Below, one piece after another: positions 28,826-39,441 of a stretch of 64,000 bases of DNA. The translations under genes and the position numbers were made by a program. Under the pieces are notes generated by a model. It was given only the letters and a program-made list of their open reading frames with translations. It was not told where the DNA came from and ran no database searches. How positions within the stretch are numbered: the first letter of the stretch is position 1; each line of letters begins with the position of its first letter. Source of the stretch: an uncultured Mycoplasmatota bacterium (GTDB lineage Bacteria; Bacillota_I; Bacilli_A; RF39; UBA660); contig URVV01000004.1 in assembly GCA_900551455.1 (NCBI GenBank), forward strand, positions 18,165-82,164. The letters are read 5' to 3'.

Positions 28826-29260
28826 TTATTTTTTCTTTTTATCATTCTTGTTTTGATTTTCACCAACATTGGTATTATCTAATACATTATCTAATTTCTT
28901 TGTATCCCTATTTACACTATTATCTTCATCCTTTAATTTTTCCGCCGAAGATAAAAAAGTAACTCTTTCAGCCACAATCTCAGTTCTTTTAAACTTATTT
29001 CCGTCTTCTTTTTCAACAATTCTTGTTTGAAGTCTTCCCTTAACTCCAATAACATCTCCTGTTCTACAGTATTCAGCAGTATTTTCTGCTACATTTGTCC
29101 ACAAAGTACAATCAAAAAAGTCCGTATCATATTCTCCATTAGTATTTTTAAAAGCTCTATTTACAGCTAAAGTCACAACACTAATCTTTTTGCCAGATTC
29201 AGTTAATTGCAATTCAGGATTTCTAACCAATCTTCCAACCAAAATAACTTGATTTAACAT
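28826..29260 (-). CDS. ssb: single-stranded DNA-binding protein
   Basis: MLNQVILVGRLVRNPELQLTESGKKISVVTLAVNRAFKN... ATG at 29260 follows GGAAAGGAGGAA (the track start at 29308 is unlikely). Confidence 0.85.
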   Translation of the reverse strand: MLNQVILVGRLVRNPELQLTESGKKISVVTLAVNRAFKNTNGEYDTDFFDCTLWTNVAENTAEYCRTGDVIGVKGRLQTRIVEKEDGNKFKRTEIVAERVTFLSSAEKLKDEDNSVNRDTKKLDNVLDNTNVGENQNKNDKKKK

Positions 29261-29440
29261 CTCTATTCCTCCTTTCCAAAAAGAATATAACATAATGTAA
29301 AAAGCCAATCAAATAAAAAAAATTAATTCTTGTTATAAACAAAACTCCCAAATCAAATAAATGTTTAAAATAAAAGTATAATCTTCTCAAAAACAAATAA
29401 ATATTTATTTGTTTTCTTCCAAAAATAAAAAAATGTCAAA

Positions 29441-29475
29441 AAATAAAAAAGTCAAATAATAAATTTGACTTTTTA
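29441..29475 (-). terminator. rho-independent terminator after the amidase gene
   Basis: AAAAAGTCAAA/TTTGACTTTTT stem followed by a T-run on the minus strand. Confidence 0.55.
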
Positions 29476-29504
29476 TTAATTTAACACTAATTTTACATAT
29501 TTAT

Positions 29505-30752
29505 TTAATTACTACCCCTAAGAGAACCCACAACATCAGTAATTCCTTTAGCATATGTATCCATTTTTGTTTTCATATTCTCTAAATCACTCTTATTAGA
29601 AATATAACCTAACTCCAGTAAATAAGTCTCAGTACCAACATTACTATTATAATATGGATTACCAAGAATTTTTTCATTTCTATTATCTACGTAAGCTCCA
29701 GTAACAATTCCACCAGTTTCCCTAATAATGTAGTAGTATATAGATTTTGTAGTAATATCATAAGGTTTTAGATCCTTACTCTCATAATCCTTCATAGAAC
29801 TATCAATATCATCTTGTGTAAACTTTCTCGTATAAATTCCTTCAAATAATCTATTAATTCTATTTCCTGAATACTTTAATCCTGTATTAGAAGTAATACT
29901 TTCTCCTAGTTTTTTAGCAAAATCAAAATTAATATCACTTGCCGTATATATTTCTAGCCCATTAACCGAAGTTGCCACACTACTATTCATATGTAGTGAA
30001 AATAAATATTTAGCGTGTACTTCATAAGGAACAACTGCTCTTCCATGTACTCCATATTCATTTAACTTATCATTTTTAGTTAATTGCCCAGGTTCATGCG
30101 TTAACTTAACTTTAAAACCTTTATCCTCTAACAATTTCTTTACCTTTACCGCTAAATCCATTGTAAAATCAGATTCTTTAGAACCATATCTATTAGCTCC
30201 TCCATCCATTCCTCCGTGACCAGGATCAATAACTATATCATATACATTACTATCTGTATTCTCCGCCACACAAACCATCATTGTCGGATAACTATCTTCA
30301 CTATTAATTACAATTTTATTATTAACATTACTAAAAGTATAATAAATCGTTTCTTTATAATTACTACTATTATTTAAAGCATAGTATTTATATGATTCTA
30401 TTCCATCTTGATCTGTTTCTTTGTTTCTTAAAAACAAGTAATAATTACCTCTTGGAATTGTCTCTAAATCATATCCCTCATTAATATAGTTAGATAAATT
30501 AAATCCCTCGTTTATCTTATTAAGTCCAATTGATATAAATTCCCCATTATATAAAACCAAATCTACATTCTCATCAATATTTCTATTACTATGTAAATTA
30601 AGATGAGTTCCATATACATAAATTTCATCAATCTCAACTCGCTCTTCTTCAATTTTCAATTTAGGAATACCCTTATCACGATATGTGTTATAAAGAATAT
30701 ATCCACAAAAAAACATAAACAAACATAAAAGTCCAATTAAAACCTTCTTCAT
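29505..30752 (-). CDS. membrane-anchored N-acetylmuramoyl-L-alanine amidase (Amidase_3)
   Basis: VIDPGHGGMDGGA...LFSLHMNS...LLELGYISN. ATG at 30752 follows GGAGGTG. Confidence 0.85.
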   Translation of the reverse strand: MKKVLIGLLCLFMFFCGYILYNTYRDKGIPKLKIEEERVEIDEIYVYGTHLNLHSNRNIDENVDLVLYNGEFISIGLNKINEGFNLSNYINEGYDLETIPRGNYYLFLRNKETDQDGIESYKYYALNNSSNYKETIYYTFSNVNNKIVINSEDSYPTMMVCVAENTDSNVYDIVIDPGHGGMDGGANRYGSKESDFTMDLAVKVKKLLEDKGFKVKLTHEPGQLTKNDKLNEYGVHGRAVVPYEVHAKYLFSLHMNSSVATSVNGLEIYTASDINFDFAKKLGESITSNTGLKYSGNRINRLFEGIYTRKFTQDDIDSSMKDYESKDLKPYDITTKSIYYYIIRETGGIVTGAYVDNRNEKILGNPYYNSNVGTETYLLELGYISNKSDLENMKTKMDTYAKGITDVVGSLRGSN

Positions 30753-30768
30753 ATTCACCTCCATATAA

Positions 30769-32076
30769 TTATTTGTTTATATTATCAGCTAACAATCTAT
30801 TAAGCTCAACTGCATACTCCATAGGTAGTTCATCTCTAAAAGCATTAACAAAACCTAAAATAATTAACTCTTTCGCTGTATCCTCACCTATTCCTCTACT
30901 CATTAAATAAAATAACTTATCCTCTTCAATCTTAGCTACAGTAGCCTCATGTTCTAAATAAGAACTATCATTTAAAACCATATTTTTAGGAATCGTATCA
31001 CTTTTTGATTTTTTATCCAAAATAATCGTATCACATTTAACATTACTAACAGAATGAATAGCCTCTTTACTAATTCTAACAGTACCTCTATAAGTAGCAT
31101 TACCTCCATTCGAAGCAATAGACTTTGATACAATATTACTCTTCGTATATGGAGCTAAATGAATCATCTTAGCCCCAGAATCCTGTATCTGTCCTGCAGA
31201 AGCCGCTGCTATTGTAATACAATTTCCCCTTGCTCTCTTCCCATTAAGAATACAACAAGGATACTTCATATTAGTTTTAGAACCAATATTACCATCAATC
31301 CATTCCATCAGTCCATCTTCATCCACAATAGCCCTTTTAGTAACAAGATTATATACATCATTTGACCAATTCTGAATAGTCGTATATCTACACTTAGATC
31401 TCTTACCAACATATATTTCCACCACAGCTGCATGTAAAGCATCTTCCGTATAAGTTGGTGCAGTACAACCTTCAATATAATGCAGTTCACTATCATCATC
31501 CACAATAATCAAAGTTCTTTCAAATTGTCCCATATTCTTACTATTAATTCTAAAATAACTCTGAAGAGGTCTATCTAACTTTGTATTTTTAGGAATATAG
31601 ATAAAAGTGCCCCCACTCCAAACAGCCCCATTTAAAGCTGTATACTTATTCTCATCATATAAAACTAAATTATTAAAATACTTTTTAAATAATTCTGGAT
31701 ATTTCTTTAAAGCACTATCCGTATCCATAAAAATAACATTCTTCTTTTCCAATTCCTTAATCATATTATGATAAATTACTTCACTATCATATTGTGCACC
31801 AATTCCATCTAAATATTTATTTTCCGCAGCAATTACTCCTAAATCTCTAAATTCATTTCTAATAGCACAATTAATCTTTTCCCAATCATTCGTAAGTTCC
31901 TGAGTTCTCTCCTTATAGTAAGTAATTTTATCAAAGTCAACTTCAATTTTAGGTCCCCAATCCGGATCTTTAGTCTTATCAAAGTATAGAAAAGAATTAA
32001 CCCTAAAATCTCTCATCCATTCTGGTTCATTTTTAATACTTGATATTTTCTCAACAATATCTCTTGTTAATTTCAT
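30769..32076 (-). CDS. sufB: Fe-S cluster assembly protein SufB/SufD family
   Basis: 435 aa. EPEWMRDFRVNSF...NWSNDVYNLVTKRA...HEATVAKIEEDKLFYLMSRGI. No sufC/sufS adjacent in this window. Confidence 0.8.
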   Translation of the reverse strand: MKLTRDIVEKISSIKNEPEWMRDFRVNSFLYFDKTKDPDWGPKIEVDFDKITYYKERTQELTNDWEKINCAIRNEFRDLGVIAAENKYLDGIGAQYDSEVIYHNMIKELEKKNVIFMDTDSALKKYPELFKKYFNNLVLYDENKYTALNGAVWSGGTFIYIPKNTKLDRPLQSYFRINSKNMGQFERTLIIVDDDSELHYIEGCTAPTYTEDALHAAVVEIYVGKRSKCRYTTIQNWSNDVYNLVTKRAIVDEDGLMEWIDGNIGSKTNMKYPCCILNGKRARGNCITIAAASAGQIQDSGAKMIHLAPYTKSNIVSKSIASNGGNATYRGTVRISKEAIHSVSNVKCDTIILDKKSKSDTIPKNMVLNDSSYLEHEATVAKIEEDKLFYLMSRGIGEDTAKELIILGFVNAFRDELPMEYAVELNRLLADNINK

Positions 32077-32190
32077 ATATTCACCTCGAGTAACACACCT
32101 TAATTATAGCAAATTTACTTAAATAAGTACATTATTTTCCTTTAAAAATATAACTTTACAGTAGGTTAACAATAATAAATAAAAAAGAAC

Positions 32191-33054
32191 CTATAAAAAC
32201 ATTTTATAAGCTCTACAAATTCCCTCATTATTTTTATATAAAGCTAACAACCTTTTTTCATTATCTAAAATAAAAGCCATTTCTTCTTTAAATAAACCTC
32301 TAATTGCTACACCATTCTTAATCTTAAAAGCCATCTCATCTTGCACAATAATTCTCTTAATCTCTTTAAAAGCATCTAATATATCAATAACTTTTCCCCG
32401 ATCACTTAAAATATCTTCTAAAGTATTCGCATCTTCTATTAAAAAACATCCTTGTTTAGTTCTAACCAGACTATTCATAACTGCCGGACAACCTAATTTC
32501 TCTCCAATATCTCTTACCAAACTTCTAATATAAGTCCCTTTACTAACATTACATTTAATATTAAAAGAAATCTTTCCCTCACATCTCTTAATATCACTAC
32601 ATAGCATAATCTTATTAATTGTAACTTCTCTCCTTGGCAAGTTAACCTCTACATTACTCCTCGCATAATCATATAGTTTTCTACCATTAATCTTAATTGC
32701 CGAATACTTAGGAACCTCTTGCAAATAAGTTCCTAAAAAAGAATTAACGGCTGTAATAATTTCCCCATCCGTATAATCAACATCACATTCATCAGTTATC
32801 TTGCCATCCATATCTATCGTATCAGTACTTATTCCCAAAGTAATTCCCGCTATATATTCTTTATTATTACTAGTTAAAAGTTCACTCATTTTTAATGCCT
32901 TACCCATACATAAAACTAAAACTCCACTAGCTAAAGGATCTAAAGTTCCCGTATGTCCAACCTTCTTCGTATTAAATTTCTTACAAACAATATTAACAAT
33001 ATCTCTACTCGTATATCCAATTTCCTTATTAACAGCAATAATACCATCTATCAT
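32191..33054 (-). CDS. truB: tRNA pseudouridine(55) synthase
   Basis: DGIIAVNKEIGYTSRDIVNIV...VGHTGTLDPLASGVLVLCMG. Confidence 0.92.
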   Translation of the reverse strand: MIDGIIAVNKEIGYTSRDIVNIVCKKFNTKKVGHTGTLDPLASGVLVLCMGKALKMSELLTSNNKEYIAGITLGISTDTIDMDGKITDECDVDYTDGEIITAVNSFLGTYLQEVPKYSAIKINGRKLYDYARSNVEVNLPRREVTINKIMLCSDIKRCEGKISFNIKCNVSKGTYIRSLVRDIGEKLGCPAVMNSLVRTKQGCFLIEDANTLEDILSDRGKVIDILDAFKEIKRIIVQDEMAFKIKNGVAIRGLFKEEMAFILDNEKRLLALYKNNEGICRAYKMFL

Positions 33055-33992
33055 CTATTAATTACCTTTATACTTTCCTCAATTAATCTCTTTTTCATCT
33101 CTAAAAAATCTAAATTAATTAAAGCCCCTGCCGCAAATTCATGCCCATTACCACCAAATATCATAGCTATTTCATTAACTTTCACTAATCCATTAGATCT
33201 AAATGAAATTCTATAACCATCATCTTCTCTTACAAATATTGATACCTCTACACCAGAAATATTTCTTCCAATATCTACTAATCCCTCGTGATCACCAAGT
33301 AAAGCCTTAGTATTTACCATATCATCCTTTGTAATATAAGAAAAAGCAATCTTTCCTTCATCAAAAAACTCTAATCTATTCATCGTCAATTTCGCAAGTT
33401 CAAATTGTGCTCTACTCCTTCTTGCCAAAACTATGTCATATAACTCATACAAATTAACTTTATCCATTAATTCCAACATCATCTTAAAAGTTTCTTTATT
33501 AACATTATTGTTCCTAAAACCACCAGTATCAGTTAAGACTCCCACTGTAAGAGCTACACCAATATCCTTACTTATCTCAACATTCCAATCCTTAAATAAA
33601 TAATAGATACTCTGCGAACAAGCCGGATCATTTCCAACAACATAATTAACATCTGCATACTTAGTATTAGCAAAATGATGATCAATATTAACTGTCCTCT
33701 TACATCTTGAAAACTCCTCATTAACTTGTCCAATTCTCTCTTTCGTAGCACAATCAACAACAATAGCTAAATCATATTCTCTAGTATCTCTATCAACAGA
33801 ATTGTTGATAAAAGGAATAAAACCAAATAAAGGAGGATATTTAGGTAATAACACCCTAACATCCTTACCAATATCCTTTAACATTAAATACAATGCCATT
33901 ATACTACCAATCGCATCTCCATCAGGGTTTATATGTGTAAGTAAAAGAATTGAATTACTATTATTAATTAATTCCCAAATCTTACTTTTCAT
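33051..33992 (-). CDS. nrnA: DHH/DHHA1 phosphoesterase (NrnA-like nanoRNase/pAp phosphatase)
   Basis: HINPDGDAIGS, NIDHH, GGNGHEFAAGA. ATG at 33992 follows GAAAGGA. Confidence 0.8.
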   Translation of the reverse strand: MKSKIWELINNSNSILLLTHINPDGDAIGSIMALYLMLKDIGKDVRVLLPKYPPLFGFIPFINNSVDRDTREYDLAIVVDCATKERIGQVNEEFSRCKRTVNIDHHFANTKYADVNYVVGNDPACSQSIYYLFKDWNVEISKDIGVALTVGVLTDTGGFRNNNVNKETFKMMLELMDKVNLYELYDIVLARRSRAQFELAKLTMNRLEFFDEGKIAFSYITKDDMVNTKALLGDHEGLVDIGRNISGVEVSIFVREDDGYRISFRSNGLVKVNEIAMIFGGNGHEFAAGALINLDFLEMKKRLIEESIKVINR

Positions 33993-34320
33993 GGTTGATC
34001 CTTTCAATAATATCATCAATTCTATGCCCATATTCCACTGATTCATCATACACAAAATGAATTTCCGGCATCTTTCTTAACTGAACCTTTTCACAAAGTC
34101 TACTCCTAATAAAACCACTAGCCTTATTAAGAGCTTCAGTAACTTGCCTTCTATTCTCTTCATTACTAGTAAAATATACCTTTGCAAAAGATAAATCATT
34201 AGTAATTTTAACCTCAGTAATAGTTACAAACTTAACATCCTTATCCTTAATATCATTATGTAATATCTCACTAATCTTCTCTACAAAAGTATTATTAAGT
34301 CTTTCCATCTTTATACTCAT
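33982..34320 (-). CDS. rbfA: ribosome-binding factor A
   Basis: VTITEVKITNDLSFAKVYF...IRSRLCEKVQLRKMPEIHFVYDES. Confidence 0.9.
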   Translation of the reverse strand: MSIKMERLNNTFVEKISEILHNDIKDKDVKFVTITEVKITNDLSFAKVYFTSNEENRRQVTEALNKASGFIRSRLCEKVQLRKMPEIHFVYDESVEYGHRIDDIIERINHEK

Positions 34321-34330
34321 AATATCCGCC

Positions 34331-34708
34331 CTATCTACGTTTTTTAGTTACTATATCATAAATTTTATCAACAGCTTCTTCCAGAGTTATCTCACTCTTA
34401 CTTTCTCTAACCTTTTTCTCCTCAAGTAATTTCAAACCATAAGCTATTCTCTCAGCAACCCTATACCCAATTGCAAAGTAATATCTCTCCTTGGCAAGTT
34501 CCTCATCAGTAAGCCTAAAACCCTCATCAAAGAATTTTTTCCCAAGAGCAATATCCTGATCCTTTGTAGAAGTCTCATTGTATGAAGGATATCTCTTACT
34601 AGCCATCCATTGTAGATAATTCTTTTCATTCATTCGACGTACAGCAATTCTCGCAGCTATACCTTTACCATTTAATTTCTCTTTCATTCTTAATTCATCA
34701 AAACTCAT
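34331..34708 (-). CDS. hypothetical protein embedded in the infB-rbfA operon
   Basis: 125 aa. AAGAGGTG SD. No family recognised (not DUF503/YlxP-like). Contains YYFAIGYRVAERIAYG. Confidence 0.6.
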   Translation of the reverse strand: MSFDELRMKEKLNGKGIAARIAVRRMNEKNYLQWMASKRYPSYNETSTKDQDIALGKKFFDEGFRLTDEELAKERYYFAIGYRVAERIAYGLKLLEEKKVRESKSEITLEEAVDKIYDIVTKKRR

Positions 34709-34727
34709 AATTCACCTCTTTCATCCT

Positions 34728-35384
34728 TTATCTTGAATGCTTTTTTTCATCAGCATTTAACTGATTAACTACATTTCCTGCATATTCAATTCCATTTAGA
34801 AAATACTTATTATCACGAAGCCAATCAGACGGAGGTCTCTCTTGATCAAATACAAACTTTAAACCATCTCTCATAAATCCATAAAGATATCCCAAAGTAA
34901 ACAATCCCTGCGTATATCCAATTGCAAAACTACCAGAACCATATACCTCACTATCAATATTATTATGCATTTCCTTAATTTCATCTAAATTATAACCAAG
35001 AATTCCACACTTATATCCAATTTCTTTCTGATTGCTCTTATTATTTTTATCAACCATATTAATTCCAAATAATTGATCAAAAGTATAATTTCTAAACTCT
35101 TCCTTATCACTATCATAACGTTCTTCAGTTATAAACTTTCTAAAAATAACTACCCCTTGTAAATATCCACGAACAAATTCTCTATCCATAAAATTATCAT
35201 CATTAGTAATATCAACCATTTTTCCTGCAAATAGAAATCCATTTCTATAACTATTATGTTTATTCATTCTATTAATATTATTACTACTCTCTCTATTTAA
35301 AGCAAGTTTCTCATTAAAATATCTACTTGCTCTAGTCGTATCACCAAATAATTTACAATATTTATATGAATCATATAACTCCAT
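34728..35384 (-). CDS. hypothetical protein embedded in the infB-rbfA operon
   Basis: 218 aa. Starts 5 nt after the infB stop, with an AAGAGGTAA SD. Has repeated G-Y containing motifs (FAIGYTQGLFTLGYLYGF, EIGYKCGILGYN). Confidence 0.6.
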   Translation of the reverse strand: MELYDSYKYCKLFGDTTRASRYFNEKLALNRESSNNINRMNKHNSYRNGFLFAGKMVDITNDDNFMDREFVRGYLQGVVIFRKFITEERYDSDKEEFRNYTFDQLFGINMVDKNNKSNQKEIGYKCGILGYNLDEIKEMHNNIDSEVYGSGSFAIGYTQGLFTLGYLYGFMRDGLKFVFDQERPPSDWLRDNKYFLNGIEYAGNVVNQLNADEKKHSR

Positions 35385-35389
35385 AACTA

Positions 35390-37525
35390 TTACCTCTTAA
35401 TTTCCACAATTTCATAATCCTCAATAATATCTCCCTCTTTAATATCATTAAAGCCATCAATTGTAATTCCACATTCAAGTCCCTGTTTAACCTCTTTAAC
35501 CTGATCCTTTTCTCTAGCAACAGAACCAATACTACCATCATATATAATTATACCATCACGTAATATTCTAGCCTTTGCATCTCTTTTAATAATTCCATCA
35601 GTAACATAACTACCAGCAATCGTACCAACCTTAGAAAACTTAAACAATTTTCTAACCTCAGCCTGTCCAAGTACCTTCTCTTCATAAACAGGTTCCAATT
35701 TTCCTTTTAAAGCAGCTTCCATTTCCTCTACAACCTTATATATAATATTATATAATCTAATATCGACCCCTTTCTCTTTAGCATAAGTAGCTATCTTATT
35801 ATTAGGTCTAACATTAAATCCTATAATTAAAGCATTCGAAGCTGCTGCTAAAACAACATCACTCTCACTTATTGCTCCAACACTACTTCTAATAACATTA
35901 ATTTTTATTCCCTCAACATCAAGTTTAAGTAAAGAGTTCTTAACTGCCTCCTCACTACCTCTAACATCAGCTTTTAAAATAACATTAACTTCTTTCTCTC
36001 CAGCTTCAATTCTATTAAACAAATCATCCAAAGAAACTGAAGTATTAGAACTCATATTTCTCTTCTTAGCAAGTTGTACTCTTTCATTAGCAATATCTTT
36101 AGCCTTCCTCTCATTTTCAAAAGCCATAAACTTATCCCCTGCTGAAGGGCATTCACTAAGACCAGTAATAGATATTGGCATTGAAGGTCCAGCTTCTACC
36201 AAATCTTCCCCTTTATCATTTTTAAGAGTACGAACCTTACCAGCATAGTTACCTACAACAATCGCATCTCCTAATCTTAAAGTACCATTTTGAATCAATA
36301 TTGTACACACAACTCCAGCATATTTATCCATTCTAGACTCAATAACAGTACCTGAAGCATATCTATTAGGATTAGCCTTAAGCTCCTGCATCTCACTAAT
36401 TAATAACAAATTATCCAACAACTCATCTATTCCCTGCCCCGTTTTAGCAGAAATATTAACAAATAAAGTATCTCCACCCCAAGTATCAGGTGTAATACCA
36501 TTTTGACTCATCTCAGTAAGAACTCTCTCTGGATTAGCATTTGGTTTATCAATCTTATTAACTGCAACTACAATAGGAACACCTGCTGCCTTCGCATGAT
36601 CGATTGCTTCTTTCGTCTGTGGCATTACTCCATCATCAGCAGCTACAATAATAATAACAATATCAGTAATACTAGCTCCTCTAGCACGCATCTCTGTAAA
36701 AGCCTCGTGTCCCGGAGTATCTATAAAAGTAATTGGTTTACCATTATAAATAATTTGATAAGCCCCAATATGTTGAGTAATCCCCCCAGCTTCCCCAGCT
36801 ACAACATTAGTCTTCCTAATCGTATCTAGTAAAGTAGTCTTACCGTGATCAACGTGTCCCATAATAGTAATTACTGGAGGTCTCTCCACTAAATCATTTG
36901 GATCATCAATAATTTCTAACTCTTCAAAATTAAATTCATCTCTAGTCGTATCCTTCTTTAAAGTCTTTCCATACTCCAAAGAAAGAATTTCTGCAGTTTC
37001 AAAATCAATAACTGCATTAAGATTCATAATCTTCCCCAAACTCATTAACTTTTTAATAATCTCAGCCACATTCTTATCAAGAACCTTCGCTAAATCACTA
37101 ACAGACATCCCTTCAGTATACAAAATAATTGAATCATCCTCAGTTTTAACATTAGATTGTAACTTCTCTCTATGCTTATACATCTCTTTCTTCTGTTGAG
37201 CAAAATTATTCTCTTTTTTCTCTTTCCCATCTTTTTTAGGATTTTTCTTTTTCTTTTTAACTGTAGCTACAACTTCTACCTCTTCAAGTTCCTCTTCATA
37301 AGAGTCTTCAAATGTCTCATTATCAAAACTATCAACATTCTCATCATTATCATCCTCAAGTTCACTATCATTAGCAATCTCATTATCAAGTAAAATAATA
37401 TCATCATCAGATAACATCGCATCCTCTTGATTAGCCTTAATTCCTAACTTACCACACAAATCAATAATCTCAGCCACACTCTTATCAACATCATTTGCAT
37501 ATTCTAATACAGTCATCATTTTCAA
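35390..37525 (-). CDS. infB: translation initiation factor IF-2
   Basis: [21 protein letters not shown]...DTPGHEAF...NKIDK, with an acidic low-complexity N-terminal region. Confidence 0.97.
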   Translation of the reverse strand: MKMMTVLEYANDVDKSVAEIIDLCGKLGIKANQEDAMLSDDDIILLDNEIANDSELEDDNDENVDSFDNETFEDSYEEELEEVEVVATVKKKKKNPKKDGKEKKENNFAQQKKEMYKHREKLQSNVKTEDDSIILYTEGMSVSDLAKVLDKNVAEIIKKLMSLGKIMNLNAVIDFETAEILSLEYGKTLKKDTTRDEFNFEELEIIDDPNDLVERPPVITIMGHVDHGKTTLLDTIRKTNVVAGEAGGITQHIGAYQIIYNGKPITFIDTPGHEAFTEMRARGASITDIVIIIVAADDGVMPQTKEAIDHAKAAGVPIVVAVNKIDKPNANPERVLTEMSQNGITPDTWGGDTLFVNISAKTGQGIDELLDNLLLISEMQELKANPNRYASGTVIESRMDKYAGVVCTILIQNGTLRLGDAIVVGNYAGKVRTLKNDKGEDLVEAGPSMPISITGLSECPSAGDKFMAFENERKAKDIANERVQLAKKRNMSSNTSVSLDDLFNRIEAGEKEVNVILKADVRGSEEAVKNSLLKLDVEGIKINVIRSSVGAISESDVVLAAASNALIIGFNVRPNNKIATYAKEKGVDIRLYNIIYKVVEEMEAALKGKLEPVYEEKVLGQAEVRKLFKFSKVGTIAGSYVTDGIIKRDAKARILRDGIIIYDGSIGSVAREKDQVKEVKQGLECGITIDGFNDIKEGDIIEDYEIVEIKR

Positions 37526-37532
37526 ACACCTC

Positions 37533-37796
37533 CTAATTGTTTATTATATTCTTAATATCCTCATATACCTTATCAGATATTGTCGTCTCCAAAGCTTTTT
37601 CTAATATTTTAGATTTAATAGCCTTCTCCAAAACATCAATATCTTTTTTAATATATGCTCCTCTTCCATTAACTTTACCCGTCATATCCACAGAAACTAC
37701 CCCATCACTACCTCTTACAATCCTAAGTAATTCCTTTTTTGGTAATTTCTCTCTTGTAACGATACAACTTCTCATAGGCTCTTTCCTAATCTTCAT
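37533..37796 (-). CDS. ylxR: YlxR/RnpM (DUF448) RNA-binding protein
   Basis: MRSCIVTREKLPKKELLRIV...GKVNGRGAYI. Confidence 0.85.
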   Translation of the reverse strand: MKIRKEPMRSCIVTREKLPKKELLRIVRGSDGVVSVDMTGKVNGRGAYIKKDIDVLEKAIKSKILEKALETTISDKVYEDIKNIINN

Positions 37797-38856
37797 CTAA
37801 TTCTCCAATTTTCTTAATAGAAATTTTATACTTAGTAAGTCTTGAAGCCAATTTAACATTTTGCCCCTTTTTACCAATCGCCAAAGAAGAATTTTCATCA
37901 TTAACAATCGCTAAAGCCTCTCTATTCTTCTCATCAACAATTCTAACATCAACATCCTTTGCTGGACTAAGAGCATTCTGAATAAACTTAACAGGATCCT
38001 TATCATATAAAATAACATCTATTTTCTCTCCATTAAGTTGTTCTAAAACCCTATTAATTCTAGAACCTTTCTCTCCAATAATAGCCCCAACAGGATCAAC
38101 CTTATCATATTCCGAATAAACAGCAATCTTACTTCTATTACCCGCATCTCTAGCTACAGAATACAATACAACAGTTCCATCACTAAGTTCAGGAATCTCA
38201 CTTTCAAGTAATCTTTTAACAAAACCATAATGACTCCTAGATAAAAGAATAAATAATCCCTTAGATCCAAATTCAATTTTAGAAACATATACCTTAATTG
38301 AAGATCCCATTACTAACTTTTCCCCAGGAATAATTTCATCCTTTGGAAGTACACCGTGTGCTCTACCTAAATCAACATAATAATTTTTAGAATCCTCTCT
38401 AGATAAAGTCCCAACTAAAATTTCATCCTGTTTATCTTGAAATTCCTCTGTAACTAAATTCTTTTCTGCTTCCTTAACCTTTTGTACAATTATTTGCTTA
38501 GCAGACAAAACAGCAACTCTTCCAAACTCCTCTGGAATAATTTTAACCTCTGTATCAATAGTTTCTCCAACTTGAATATCAACTACTATCTTTCTCGCAT
38601 CCTCAAGAGAAATAATACTCTCATTATCCTTATCTTCTTCATCAATTGTCTCTACAACAGTTTTATAAGTAAATAATCTAATTTGTCCTGTTTCTGGATT
38701 AACTGTTGCCTTAACATTCTGAATACCAGTATTCTTCTTATAAGCATTTGCCATTGCTGCTTCCATACCCTCAATAACAATTTTCTTATCAATACCCTTC
38801 TCAGCTACTAAACTATCAACAGCCTTAATAAATTCTTTTGCTTGCTTACTATTCAT
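37786..38856 (-). CDS. nusA: transcription termination/antitermination factor NusA
   Basis: MNSKQAKEFIKAVDSLVAEKGIDKKIVIEGMEAAMANAYKK... with S1 and KH domains. ATG at 38856 preferred. Confidence 0.93.
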   Translation of the reverse strand: MNSKQAKEFIKAVDSLVAEKGIDKKIVIEGMEAAMANAYKKNTGIQNVKATVNPETGQIRLFTYKTVVETIDEEDKDNESIISLEDARKIVVDIQVGETIDTEVKIIPEEFGRVAVLSAKQIIVQKVKEAEKNLVTEEFQDKQDEILVGTLSREDSKNYYVDLGRAHGVLPKDEIIPGEKLVMGSSIKVYVSKIEFGSKGLFILLSRSHYGFVKRLLESEIPELSDGTVVLYSVARDAGNRSKIAVYSEYDKVDPVGAIIGEKGSRINRVLEQLNGEKIDVILYDKDPVKFIQNALSPAKDVDVRIVDEKNREALAIVNDENSSLAIGKKGQNVKLASRLTKYKISIKKIGELDED

Positions 38857-39103
38857 TTTTACCACCCTTCTCTTTCGTAGATACATCTAATATGTAACTA
38901 TCCTTAATAAAATCAGCTTTATCTAAAAGAGGATTAATCACATTAGTAACTTCGACACAAGTATCAATATCGATAATATCATCACGGTCAATAACAATTC
39001 TCAAAAAATAATTATTCCCCTCTTTTTCATAAACAATACTATCAATTGATATTCCTAATTTATTAACCTCATCACTGATTAAATCTCTAATTTTATCTTC
39101 CAT
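38849..39103 (-). CDS. rimP: short RimP (N-terminal domain only, 84 aa)
   Basis: LISDEVNKLGISIDSIVYEKEGNNYFLRIVIDRDD...IDTCVEVTNVINPLLDKADFIKDSYILDVS, then a stop overlapping the nusA start. The usual SSPG..RPL segment and C-terminal domain are absent. Confidence 0.6.
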   Translation of the reverse strand: MEDKIRDLISDEVNKLGISIDSIVYEKEGNNYFLRIVIDRDDIIDIDTCVEVTNVINPLLDKADFIKDSYILDVSTKEKGGKNE

Positions 39104-39244
39104 AACGCCTCCTTTAAAGATTAAATCAACAATAAAGAGTGGATTTTAAGCCACTCTTTGTCAAGATATAAATAAATTATATCATATAAATCACAGATAT
39201 ACAATAAAAAAATAATAAAAAAACTCTCATAAAGTGACATTTTT

Positions 39245-39277
39245 TCAAATAAAAACTCGAACTATAAAAATTCGAGT
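39245..39277 (-). terminator. rho-independent terminator after tRNA-Arg
   Basis: ACTCGAA/TTCGAGT stem (39255-39277) followed by TTTTTATTT on the minus strand. Confidence 0.6.
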
Positions 39278-39287
39278 AAATATCAAC

Positions 39288-39364
39288 TGGCGCGCCCATA
39301 GGGATTCGAACCCCAAACCTTTTGGTCCGTAGCCAAACGCTCTATCCAATTGAGCTATGGGCGC
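39288..39364 (-). tRNA. tRNA-Arg (anticodon ACG), canonical
   Basis: GCGCCCA-TA-GCTC-AATTGGATA-GAGC-G-TTTGG-CTACGGA-CCAAA-AGGTT-TGGGG-TTCGAAT-CCCTA-TGGGCGC-G-CCA folded by hand. G18G19 and TTCGA are present. Confidence 0.9.
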
Positions 39365-39441
39365 AAATCAAAAATGTATACATATTATATAACCATTTTT
39401 GAAAAAAGTAAATACCTATCTTTTACTTCCATCTAAATTAA

